From Candidatus Poribacteria bacterium (GTDB lineage: Bacteria; Poribacteria; WGA-4E; WGA-3G), in NCBI GenBank assembly GCA_963665235.2, contig CAXXLX010000001.1, positions 4,064,001 to 4,128,000 on the forward strand: a stretch of DNA of 64,000 nucleotides. The letters are read 5' to 3'. Below the pieces are notes generated by a model. The model saw nothing but the letters and a program-made list of their open reading frames with translations. It ran no database searches and was not told the origin of the DNA. Numbering within the stretch: the first letter of the stretch is position 1; each line of letters opens with the position of its first letter. Positions 38,005-47,405 of the stretch are shown one piece after another. A program made the translations under genes and the position numbers.

Positions 38005-39888
38005 TTATGGGTTTATCTCCCAAAAAATCAACGTATCATCATACCCCATACTAACAAGCGTTTTGCTATCCGGTGCAAACACGATAGACTGAATAAATCC
38101 TATATGTCCTGTAAGCGTTTGCAAAAGTTCCCCGGTATCCACATTCCAAAGTTTAATTTCGCCTGAATGTGCACTCGCCACTGTACGTAGTGTGGGTGAA
38201 AACGCCATAGAAAGGATATTTTTCCCAGGCGTGATTGTTCTTAAACGTTCGCCTGTGGCAACATCCCAGACCCGGATTGTACCATCTCTGCTTGAACTGA
38301 CAAAAATATCACCCGATGGTGAAAATGCTATATCGTTGATAACTCCTTTATGCGCTACGATTGTTTTCACAGTTTCGCCTGTGGCAACATCCCAGACCCG
38401 AATTGTGCCAACTCTGCTTGCACTCACAAGGATATCCCCCGATGGTGAAAATGCTATATCGTAGACATTTTCTGCATGCCCAGCAAGCGTGCTTTTCAAC
38501 TTGCCTGTGTCAACACGCCACAGATGGATTAGATTATCAGGACCACAACTACCGAGTAGGCTTCCATCTGGACTGAATGCTACATCACCAATGCGTCCGG
38601 CGTTTGCATGCATGATAGTTTGATTGCGTCCTGTGTCCATATCAAGTAAAACCAAAGTCCCTTCATAATTTCCACATGCAAACGTCACATTATCCGGAGA
38701 GTAGTCAGCAACCGTTACGCGATTCAGTTCAACGTCAAGCGTTCTTATCACCGTCCCTGTCTGTGGATTCCTCAACTGAATCTCACCCGGACCTAATGGA
38801 CCGAATACACATGCAAGTGTCTGTCCATGCGAAGAGTACATCATAGCTCTTGGAAATATCATTGCATGTTCAGCGATGGTGTGCCGTAAACTGCCGGACG
38901 CACTATCCCAAATACATAAAGCATTATCAGGACTATAACTTGCCAGTGTGCTCCCATCTGGCGAAAAAACAAGGGACGTAACTCTCTCCGAATGGTCTTT
39001 GAAGTTTTTTACACGTTCACCGGTAGCGATATCCCATAATTGGAGACCGTCGACATTTTCAGTATGCCCCCCCGGAACAAATGTCTTTCCATCAGGACTG
39101 ACTGCTATTGCGTAAACGCCGGATGCATTCCCTGTCAACGTCAATTTGAGCTGTGCGGTGTTAACGTCCCACACACGAATTATGCCGGAACTATTCCCTG
39201 TGACTACCGTTTTACTGTCTGGAGACAATGCCATACAATAAATTTTTGCATCGCCAGCTGTGTCACTGAGTGGGTGAGGTTGGAGGGTTTTTATGAATTC
39301 CCCGGTATCTGCATCCCAAACATGAATTTTTTCATCGTATCCAGAACTCATAAGCATTTCTCCATCAGGAGAATATAGGACATTAGAGACACGTTCCGCA
39401 TGTCCAGCGATAGTGCGGTGTAGCTCTCCACTTTTTACATTCCAAAACCGAATAAACTCATCCCTGCCACCACTTGCAAGTATATCCCCATCAGGACTGA
39501 ATGCTACAGAATACACGCTCTGTCCTGTTAGCGTTGTTTTGAGCTCGCCGGTGTTGACATCCCACAATCGAATAGTGCCATCGTAACTGCCACTCGCGAG
39601 TGTGTTGCCATCAGGACTGAAATCCACTGAAGAAACGGGGCTTGTATGTCCTGTGAACAAATCAAGGGGTTGACCTGTGCGCGCATCATAGAGCCAGATG
39701 CCTATGGAACTCGCTACAGCAAGTCGTGTGCTGTCTGGAGAATATGCAAGGTGATGTACCTGCCCCTTTCCGATGCGGGTTCTGGCACCTTCGGGCAGGT
39801 AGTTTTTCATAAATTCTTGTGCAAAAGCGTTTGACAAACATAGCACAGAAGTAGCAAGAAACGCTAAAAACGAAAGTCTTGTTTTCAT
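38005..39888 (-). CDS. Secreted WD40 repeat protein
   Basis: GAGG RBS, MKTRLSF...AFA-Q signal peptide, YLPEGARTRIGKG cap. Confidence 0.9.
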   Translation of the reverse strand: MKTRLSFLAFLATSVLCLSNAFAQEFMKNYLPEGARTRIGKGQVHHLAYSPDSTRLAVASSIGIWLYDARTGQPLDLFTGHTSPVSSVDFSPDGNTLASGSYDGTIRLWDVNTGELKTTLTGQSVYSVAFSPDGDILASGGRDEFIRFWNVKSGELHRTIAGHAERVSNVLYSPDGEMLMSSGYDEKIHVWDADTGEFIKTLQPHPLSDTAGDAKIYCMALSPDSKTVVTGNSSGIIRVWDVNTAQLKLTLTGNASGVYAIAVSPDGKTFVPGGHTENVDGLQLWDIATGERVKNFKDHSERVTSLVFSPDGSTLASYSPDNALCIWDSASGSLRHTIAEHAMIFPRAMMYSSHGQTLACVFGPLGPGEIQLRNPQTGTVIRTLDVELNRVTVADYSPDNVTFACGNYEGTLVLLDMDTGRNQTIMHANAGRIGDVAFSPDGSLLGSCGPDNLIHLWRVDTGKLKSTLAGHAENVYDIAFSPSGDILVSASRVGTIRVWDVATGETVKTIVAHKGVINDIAFSPSGDIFVSSSRDGTIRVWDVATGERLRTITPGKNILSMAFSPTLRTVASAHSGEIKLWNVDTGELLQTLTGHIGFIQSIVFAPDSKTLVSMGYDDTLIFWEINP

Positions 39889-40085
39889 GAAAGAAACCTC
39901 AATTTTAGGGTGAAGTTTGCCGTCTAGACGCGGTGCGAAACTAAGAGCATCAATTTCGCCAGAGAAGAAAGTATACCATATTTTGTGAAAAAACAGAAGG
40001 ATTTTTTCAAAAAAGGAGCCCCCCTGCAAGGATGTGTAAAGTTTTGGTACACCATTCTATAAACATACCGCCCCGCTGGGGCTAT

Positions 40086-42041
40086 TTACCGTTCAAGATT
40101 TAGCACGGTTAAGTCCCATAACAGAATTGTGCTGTCAGAACTCACACTTGCAAGCGTTTTGCCATCCGGTGAGAATAGGACAGCATTGACGCGGTGTGTA
40201 TGTCCCATAAAGGTGTGAAGGTGTTTGCCTGTTAATGCGTCCCAAATGTTGATGTAGTTTGGGTCTTCGCTGGCACTTGCAAGTATTCTATCATCGGGAG
40301 AATACGCGAGAGACGTTACGTGTCCAGCTCCCTCTATTGGCGGAAGTAGTAGGTCGCCGGTGTGTGTATTCCACAAACGGATAGTGCCATCCTCGCTGCC
40401 GCTTGCAAGTGTACTGCCGTAAAAAGCATATACTACAGCCGTGACACCCCCTTCATGTCCGGTGAGCGTTTTGTAGTGGGTGTGTGTATTTACGTCCCAT
40501 AATTGGATTGTCTTGTCTTGACTACCACTGGCGAGCGTTTTACCATCAGGTGAGAACGTTACGGAAGAGACGCGCGCGGTATGCTCGGTAAAAGTTGCCA
40601 GACGTTCACCAATGTGATACAGCTCCCCCGTGCGAATTTCCCACAAACTGACCGTGTTGTCCCCGTCACTGTGCTTATTGGCACCCCTTCTAGGTGATTT
40701 GCTCCCACCGCCGCTTGCAAGGAGAGTTTGGTCAGGAGAAATAGCAACGGCATATATAGTATCTTTATGTCCTGTAAAACTTCCGAGGAACCGCCCGGTT
40801 CCTACGTCCCACAGACGCGCCTTTTTAGAGGTCCCGCCGGTAGCGAGTAGTTTGGCATCGGAAGAATATACCACGGAATAGACCTTACAACCGGGTTCAG
40901 TAGCTGTCTTCAGCAGCTCACCGGTCTGTGGATTCCACAATTGAATTTTCCTTTCACTGCCGCAGGTAAGGGTGCTGCCATCAGGTGAATATGTTGCGGC
41001 GTAAATTTCTGAAGATAGGTGTCCCGTAATCTCTTTTTTCAGTTCTCCTGTAGCCACATCCCAAAACCGGATTATGCCATCGTCAGCACCGGCTGCAACT
41101 GTCTTTCCATCAGGTGAATATGTCACAGAATTGAACTCTTCTCCACCTCCGAAGGTTTTCAGAAGTTTTGCCGTGCTAACCTCCCAAACACTAACGGTTT
41201 CCCAAGAACTTCCGGTAACGAGTTTGCGTCCGTCGGGTGAAAATTCCAGAGATTCGGGCCGTTCATCCGCTTTCTCTACACTTTTCAAGCGTTCACCTGT
41301 CTCCAAATCCCAAAAGTAGAGTGGACCATGACCACCACAAGCGAGAATTTTGCGCTGTGGTGAAATTGCAGCAACATCGAAATCTTCTTCAATCAGAACA
41401 TTTTTTATATTATTACCGGCTTGTGCATCCCAATACTCAATATAGGATTCGGACTTGTCGGATCTCCCGATAGTGAGAAATAACGCACCGTCCGGTGAAT
41501 ATGTTAGAGCATAAGTAGGTGTAACATCAGATTCAATAGCGGTTTTTAGCTGTTTACCTGTTTGCACATCCCAGAATCGGTTAGATTCGTCATAATCAAC
41601 ACTGGCGAGTATATCTCCGGCAGGATTAAATGTTATGAAACTAATATCATCTTCATGCCCAATACATGTGGCTTTATGTTTACCTGTGTTTGCGTCCCAT
41701 AATCGGATTGTGTTGTCTTCACTGCCCGTTGCAAACGTTCTACCGTCCGGACTGAAGACGATACACTCAATCGGTCCCGTATGCCCCGTGAGCAGGTCAA
41801 GGGGTTCGCCTGTTTGCACATCATAGATATGGATGCCGATAGAGGTGGCGACAGCGAGACGTTTGCCATCGGGAAAATATTTTAGCTGATATATCTTTCC
41901 TTTTCCGAGGCGCGCTTTGGCACCAATAGGTAAGCCTAAGTGTGTGTGATTTTGGGAGAAGGCGGTTGTTGTCAAAAAAGTTAGTAGATAAAATGTAGAG
42001 ATTATCGGTAAAAACGTCAGCAGGATGTTTGCTATTTTCAT
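40086..42041 (-). CDS. Secreted WD40 repeat protein
   Basis: AAGGAG RBS, MKIANIL...AFS-Q signal peptide, LGLPIGAKARLGKG cap. Confidence 0.9.
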   Translation of the reverse strand: MKIANILLTFLPIISTFYLLTFLTTTAFSQNHTHLGLPIGAKARLGKGKIYQLKYFPDGKRLAVATSIGIHIYDVQTGEPLDLLTGHTGPIECIVFSPDGRTFATGSEDNTIRLWDANTGKHKATCIGHEDDISFITFNPAGDILASVDYDESNRFWDVQTGKQLKTAIESDVTPTYALTYSPDGALFLTIGRSDKSESYIEYWDAQAGNNIKNVLIEEDFDVAAISPQRKILACGGHGPLYFWDLETGERLKSVEKADERPESLEFSPDGRKLVTGSSWETVSVWEVSTAKLLKTFGGGEEFNSVTYSPDGKTVAAGADDGIIRFWDVATGELKKEITGHLSSEIYAATYSPDGSTLTCGSERKIQLWNPQTGELLKTATEPGCKVYSVVYSSDAKLLATGGTSKKARLWDVGTGRFLGSFTGHKDTIYAVAISPDQTLLASGGGSKSPRRGANKHSDGDNTVSLWEIRTGELYHIGERLATFTEHTARVSSVTFSPDGKTLASGSQDKTIQLWDVNTHTHYKTLTGHEGGVTAVVYAFYGSTLASGSEDGTIRLWNTHTGDLLLPPIEGAGHVTSLAYSPDDRILASASEDPNYINIWDALTGKHLHTFMGHTHRVNAVLFSPDGKTLASVSSDSTILLWDLTVLNLER

Positions 42042-42061
42042 GCTAATTGAGCTCCTTAATA

Positions 42062-42565
42062 TCGCGTGCACAGCACGCTCCTACAGAAGAATATCGCATG
42101 CACAGCACGCTCCTACAGAATATAAGAAAGACATCGCGTGCACAGCACGCTCCTACAGAAGAGTCGCGTGCACAGCACGCTCCTACAGAAGAGTCGCGTG
42201 CACAGCACGCTCCTACAGAAGAGTCGCGTGCACAGCACGCTCCTACAGAAGAATATCGCATGCACAGCACGCTCCTACAGAAGAGTCGCGTGCACAGCAC
42301 GCTCCTACAGAAGAGTCGCGTGCACAGCACGCTCCTACAGAAGAGTCGCGTGCACAGCACGCTCCTACAGAAGAGTCGCGTGCACAGCACGCTCCTACAG
42401 AAGAGTCGCGTGCACAGCACGCTCCTACAGAAGAATATCGCATGCACAGCACGCTCCTACAGAATATAAGAAAGACATCGCGTGCACAGCACGCTCCTAC
42501 AGAAGAGTCGCGTGCACAGCACGCTCCTACAGAAGAGTCGCGTGCACAGCACGCTCCTACAGAAG
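42062..42565. repeat. Tandem array of 16 GTAG-type REP units (mostly 30-bp period)
   Basis: TCGCRTGCACAGCACGCTCCTACAGAAGAG with three recurring linker variants. Confidence 0.95.
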
Positions 42566-42581
42566 ATGGGAAACGCAACCC

Positions 42582-45278
42582 CTACTGTGGGACATCCCAC
42601 AGCATGACTGTGCTATTCCATCCGGCTGTGGCGAGGGTGCGTCCATCCGGTGAAAATAACATAAACCAAGCCCCCTGGATATGCTCGTGATCGAAAGTTT
42701 GGATTACTTCACCTATAGCGGCATCCCAAAACGAAAGTTTTTTGTCTGAACCGATGCCAGCGAACGTCTGTCCATTTGGAGAGTAGGCAAGAGAATAGAG
42801 CTTCATTTCTGAAGTGATGGTTTTTAGCGGTTCATCCACATCAAATTCCCAAAGCTTGATTTCGCCATCAATACCCGTGCTTACGAACGTTTGCCAATCC
42901 GGTGAAAGTGCCACAACGGAGTCAGAAAGTGTTTTTAGGGTGTCCCCGGTGGTGATATCCCAAAAACGCACTTCCGAATCACTGGTACTTACAAGCCTCT
43001 GCCCATCAGGAGAGAACGCCAAACTCCGGACGTAATCGTCGTGCCATTCAAGTATTTTTAAAGTTTTGCCGGTAGGCACGTCCCATAAGTGGATACGGCC
43101 GTTAGAATCGCCGCTTGCAAGCGTCTGCCCATCAGGACTAAACGCTACCGATTCAGCACAATCCTTCTTATGTCCTGTGAAAATGCGTCCGCGTTCACCG
43201 GTTTCAGTATTCAAAAGCCAAACCGTATCACCACTGCCACATGCAAGCGTTACGCCGTCCGGTGAATATGCAATACTATGGATCATTTTGGAATCTGGAT
43301 AGTACGTTTTTATCAATTCCCCGGTACGGGTGTCCCATATCCGAAGACTGGGGCAAGAACTCACAGCGACAACCTTTGTCCCATCTGGTGAATACGCCAT
43401 GCACATAAACATTTGTGCATATCCGGTGAGAGTCCTTAGCGGAGCTTTGGAGTCAACATCCCAAAACCGGATTGTGCCATCACCGTGTGCATTTACCAAC
43501 GTATCGCCATCCGGGGAGAAAACAATGTGATGGGCGGTATCTGGTGGACTTTCAATAGTTTTGAGACGTTCACCTGTAGAGACATCCCAAAACTGAATCA
43601 CATCATCTCCCCAATGAGTACTAGCGAGTGTCTGTCCATCCGGACTAAACACAACTTTGTCAACACCTTCAGAATTAGTGGTGGCAGCGAAAGTCGCCTG
43701 AAGCGCGCCAGTGCGGGGCTCCCACAACCGAATTTTGCCATCACCACCCCCACTTGCTAGCAACTTAGCGTCCGGTGAGAAAGTTATAGCGGAAACGCGG
43801 CCTGTATATCCGGTGAGAGTGCGTAAGAATTCCCCGGTATGTGCATCCCACAGATGAATCAACTCGTCTCTGCCATAACTAGCAAGCATTTCGCCATCAG
43901 GCGAGTATATCACTTTGGAGACACGATCTGCATGTCCAGCATAGGTAAGAAGTAATTCACCAGTGTTCAAATCCCAAATACGAATTGTCTCATCTTCGCC
44001 GCCGCTTGCAAGTCTTTTTCCATCGGGACTAAACGCTATCGAACTGACCTCCGCATGTCCCGTGAGCGTCTTTTCAAGCTGCCCGGTACGGGGGTCCCAT
44101 AATAGGATTGTCTCATCTTTTCCCTCACACGCCAAGAGTTGATTATCCGGACTGAAAGCGAGTGCTCCAACACCCTCCGTGTGTTCTTTAAGCAGATGGA
44201 GTTCTTCACCGGTGCGTGCATCATAAATCCAAATACCGATAGTGCCTGCTGCAGCAAGAAGTGTACCGTCCGGGGAATACGCCATATTAAATACGTAGCC
44301 TTTTCCGAGCCGTGCTTTAGCTCCTTCAGGCAATTTCCATCTAGTAGAATCTTGGGTAAAGTTATTTTGCATAGATGTCTTTCCTTTTTGTAGACCGTCC
44401 GAACGGGTTTTGCCGGGGACATCATCACGTCCAGCTCGGTTTTGCAAATCGGGTTTCGCGTGAATATCCAGCACGAGCGGCACCTCCACGATGTCAATCG
44501 TCGGCTCTGACTGTGCGGCAAAACTATACGGCAGTTGAAACCGAATACGGTGCTGCTGACTTGCACCTATTAGCAATATCGCCAAAATAATCGATGCCCC
44601 CAGCGTGGCTAAAGGCAGCAACGGCTTCCCACCTGTCGGAGCGGGTTGTTTCACAGCGGTGCTCTCGCGCACAATACGCTCGGTTAGGTTGGCAGGCAAT
44701 TGCACACCACCGAGCACATCGCGAATCAGCGGCACCGCTTCCCTCAGCCGTTTTCGTGCGCGACTCAATCGACTTTTTACCGTGTTCGGGGATACACCTA
44801 AAAACTTGCTGATCGCCTCACAGCTCATTTCACCGAGATAGTGTAGGACCATCACTGTCCGTTCGTTCTCTGGCAATCTTTCCAATAGCTCCTCAACGAT
44901 TTCACGGCAACGTTCTGCGGATGCTTCCTCCTGCTGTTCTGATACATAGCAGGTGTATGCGGATTGTTCAAGGACATCTTCACTCGTGGTTTCTAACGAT
45001 TCCATCGGCAGTTTTCTCTTTCGATGCCACGCAATGCAGCGTCTATTAGCAATGACATAGAGCCACCCCGCAAACTGCTTAGGGTCTTTTAGGGTGGGCA
45101 ACTTCTGATATACACGTAGAAAGGTGTCCTGTGTAATTTCTTCGGCAATGTGGAAATCCCCGATTTTTCGCCATGCAAGTGCGTGAACGCTTTTCTGATA
45201 TTTATCAACTAAAGTCGTGAAGGCGGATTCGTCACCCGATAGGATGTCGTTAATCAGTTCAACGTCGTTTTTTTCCAT
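42582..45278 (-). CDS. ECF sigma factor - transmembrane helix - WD40 propeller fusion (copy 4, intact)
   Basis: Same architecture as copy 1; TM LATLGASIILAILLIG; WKLPEGAKARLGKG cap. Confidence 0.92.
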   Translation of the reverse strand: MEKNDVELINDILSGDESAFTTLVDKYQKSVHALAWRKIGDFHIAEEITQDTFLRVYQKLPTLKDPKQFAGWLYVIANRRCIAWHRKRKLPMESLETTSEDVLEQSAYTCYVSEQQEEASAERCREIVEELLERLPENERTVMVLHYLGEMSCEAISKFLGVSPNTVKSRLSRARKRLREAVPLIRDVLGGVQLPANLTERIVRESTAVKQPAPTGGKPLLPLATLGASIILAILLIGASQQHRIRFQLPYSFAAQSEPTIDIVEVPLVLDIHAKPDLQNRAGRDDVPGKTRSDGLQKGKTSMQNNFTQDSTRWKLPEGAKARLGKGYVFNMAYSPDGTLLAAAGTIGIWIYDARTGEELHLLKEHTEGVGALAFSPDNQLLACEGKDETILLWDPRTGQLEKTLTGHAEVSSIAFSPDGKRLASGGEDETIRIWDLNTGELLLTYAGHADRVSKVIYSPDGEMLASYGRDELIHLWDAHTGEFLRTLTGYTGRVSAITFSPDAKLLASGGGDGKIRLWEPRTGALQATFAATTNSEGVDKVVFSPDGQTLASTHWGDDVIQFWDVSTGERLKTIESPPDTAHHIVFSPDGDTLVNAHGDGTIRFWDVDSKAPLRTLTGYAQMFMCMAYSPDGTKVVAVSSCPSLRIWDTRTGELIKTYYPDSKMIHSIAYSPDGVTLACGSGDTVWLLNTETGERGRIFTGHKKDCAESVAFSPDGQTLASGDSNGRIHLWDVPTGKTLKILEWHDDYVRSLAFSPDGQRLVSTSDSEVRFWDITTGDTLKTLSDSVVALSPDWQTFVSTGIDGEIKLWEFDVDEPLKTITSEMKLYSLAYSPNGQTFAGIGSDKKLSFWDAAIGEVIQTFDHEHIQGAWFMLFSPDGRTLATAGWNSTVMLWDVPQ

Positions 45279-45314
45279 CGGAACCTCCGCGATAAAATGT
45301 ACCTACAATTATTA

Positions 45315-45344
45315 ATGACGCGATTTTGCAGCGGAAAGGTTGCA
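45315..45344 (-). promoter_or_regulatory. Putative ECF autoregulatory promoter
   Basis: TGCAACC-N17-CGTCAT. Confidence 0.7.
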
Positions 45345-45528
45345 GGATTGACAAAAATTGATAAAAAAATTCAATTTTTGGAGAAAATCTGGAAAATACT
45401 GTTTGATGTCTGGCCGATTTCATGATGGGGCGGCACTAAAATTTGTCAAAGGACGTAAAGGTATGAAAAGGGTAAGCGACAATCAAATTAAGAATACAAG
45501 AAGGTAGCAGGACAACGCGCGTTCACGC

Positions 45529-46062
45529 TTAGACGATAAACCATAGGCCTAAGTGTCCCGAAAAAATTCCGATGAGCGCACCTGCAAGCACATCGGTCGG
45601 ATAGTGGACTCCGAGGTAGACACGGGCAACCCCAACTGTAGCTGCCCAACAAAAAGTCGGAATTTGTAAAAACGGAAAGAAGTTGGATAAAAGCATCATC
45701 ATCAGAAAAGCGGCGGAAGTATGTCCTGATGGAAAACTGAACCTATCGGGAGGACGAACCCGAAAATGCACGTCAACAATTTGGGCGAACGGACGGTCCC
45801 GTTTCAATGACTGTTTTAGCAGATGATAGAGAAATCTCTCAATCGGGAATGACATGCAGGCTGCCATTAAAAAAGGTCTACTTCTAACAGTGTCAACTGT
45901 CAGAAATACATAGAGTGCTACACACGGATAGAGATATCCGTTAGCACTCCAAGAAATCAAACGGAACGAACGGTTCAGAAACCTTCTATCTCCCCAATTA
46001 AAAATACGATGAAATAACGACTCATCCCATCGACTAAGGTTATTTGTAAATCCTCTAAGCAT
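45529..46062 (-). CDS. PAP2-family phosphatase
   Basis: K...KRDRP, SFPSGH, ARVYLGVHYPTDVLAG. Confidence 0.92.
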   Translation of the reverse strand: MLRGFTNNLSRWDESLFHRIFNWGDRRFLNRSFRLISWSANGYLYPCVALYVFLTVDTVRSRPFLMAACMSFPIERFLYHLLKQSLKRDRPFAQIVDVHFRVRPPDRFSFPSGHTSAAFLMMMLLSNFFPFLQIPTFCWAATVGVARVYLGVHYPTDVLAGALIGIFSGHLGLWFIV

Positions 46063-46220
46063 CGATTACGACGTAAATAGGCACACTTGATAAAGTAAAC
46101 CTCTAAACTTCTCCATCCTCTTTTTTAAATATGAAAAACTTGCCACAATTAAGTATACCACAAAAAACAGCGAATTGCAAGCGAAATATTTTGGGGGACT
46201 TCATCTCTATTTTCTGCGAT

Positions 46221-46949
46221 TCATCGTACATCGACATAGGCGCGGAGAGCACGCAATGCAATGACCGTATAACCGTTTTGGGCGAGATGTTCCATGTAAC
46301 CTTCAAAGGCTTCAGGGGACGTATGCACCCAAGGGTGCTCCAAATCGGGTACACCGTGGAACGTGAGAACAGCGATGTTCCCATCCTTTGCCTGTGCAAG
46401 TGCCCAAGTGAAATCGTCAAAATCCCAGTTGGGACCAGAGGCACCGGTCGTCGGTATCAGGAGTGGATGGTGAACGGTTGGGTTGTATGCAGGCCCACGG
46501 CCGCCTTCAGAATCATATTGAAACTCCGGCGCAACGCCGCGGCGCGCAAACTGGAATCCGTGTTCAGCAAGCACGTTGACCGCCCCATCGCTATAGTTAT
46601 AACCGGGGTAGCAGAAGGTTGTTGGACGCGGGATGCGATACGCCTCACACCGTTCGTCAATGTGTTGTATATCAGCCTTGAGTTCCTCGGCAGGTTGATG
46701 CTTGACGTTACGGTGCTGTTTCGTGTGATTTCCAATTTCGAAACCTGCATCGTGTAAGCCGCGGATTTGTTCCCAGGTCATAAACGCCTCTTTATTGTGC
46801 AGAAAACCGAGCCCTTCCGTGATATAAAAGGTTGCTCCGAAGCCGTACCGCTTCAGAAGTGGGGCAACAAAGGTCGCATGTGATTCGCAGCCATCATCAA
46901 ACGTGAGAACGACCAATTTATCAGGAATTGGTTGTAAAGTCTGTTGCAT
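46221..46949 (-). CDS. Polysaccharide deacetylase family protein
   Basis: VVLTFDDG, ATFYI, FEIGNHT..H, FCYPG, LTFHG. Confidence 0.9.
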   Translation of the reverse strand: MQQTLQPIPDKLVVLTFDDGCESHATFVAPLLKRYGFGATFYITEGLGFLHNKEAFMTWEQIRGLHDAGFEIGNHTKQHRNVKHQPAEELKADIQHIDERCEAYRIPRPTTFCYPGYNYSDGAVNVLAEHGFQFARRGVAPEFQYDSEGGRGPAYNPTVHHPLLIPTTGASGPNWDFDDFTWALAQAKDGNIAVLTFHGVPDLEHPWVHTSPEAFEGYMEHLAQNGYTVIALRALRAYVDVR

Positions 46950-46999
46950 AGATTCCCCAAATTCAGTGAAAACGGTTATGTGTTCGCGTAAGTATTAAT

Positions 47000-47028
47000 A
47001 TTATACCTGCGCAAACCGGCAATGTCAA
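47000..47028 (-). promoter_or_regulatory. Consensus sigma70 promoter for the deacetylase
   Basis: TTGACA-N17-TATAAT on the minus strand. Confidence 0.75.
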
Positions 47029-47059
47029 GGAAAAATTGTTAAAGGGTTGTAATTTTTTC

Positions 47060-47088
47060 TTGACAAAAATTTATGAATTGTGTATTAT
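47060..47088 (+). promoter_or_regulatory. Divergent sigma70 promoter
   Basis: TTGACA-N17-TATTAT preceded by an AT-rich tract. Confidence 0.6.
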
Positions 47089-47222
47089 AATTTCAAGTTG
47101 CCACTTATAAACCTTTTTTTTCAATTTTTTCAATACATGAGGAGAGATTTTCAAACCTATAACCTATTGAAGAGAGTGGTAAAGGAGATGTGGAAAGATT
47201 CCGTTTCGGGTTCCACTATATT

Positions 47223-47368
47223 TAACCTAAGTTGCCAGCTATAAACTTTTTAGACTTGGGAACGCCGTTTTTAATGAAAAAATGATGATAATTGTAGCGT
47301 GAACTTTTAGTTTACGCCTTATGGCACAAACTAGGAAGTTTATGCTACTATGTGGCAACTTGCGTATA
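47223..47368. mobile_element. MITE-like element with inverted REP doublet, related to 35553-35710
   Basis: Ends TAACCTAAGTTGCCA / TGGCAACTTGCGTA; internal GTAGCGTGAACT...AGTTTATGCTAC. Confidence 0.55.
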
Positions 47369-47405
47369 TTTTGATGAATACAGAGAAAAAATGGAGGGAT
47401 ACATA

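Noticed and set aside
42025-42690. Several overlapping repetitive ORFs
   Set aside because: Artefacts of the 30-bp REP array.
15156-44841. Many plus-strand ORFs containing PSGLN/PSGE motifs
   Set aside because: Antisense shadows of WD40 FSPDG codons.
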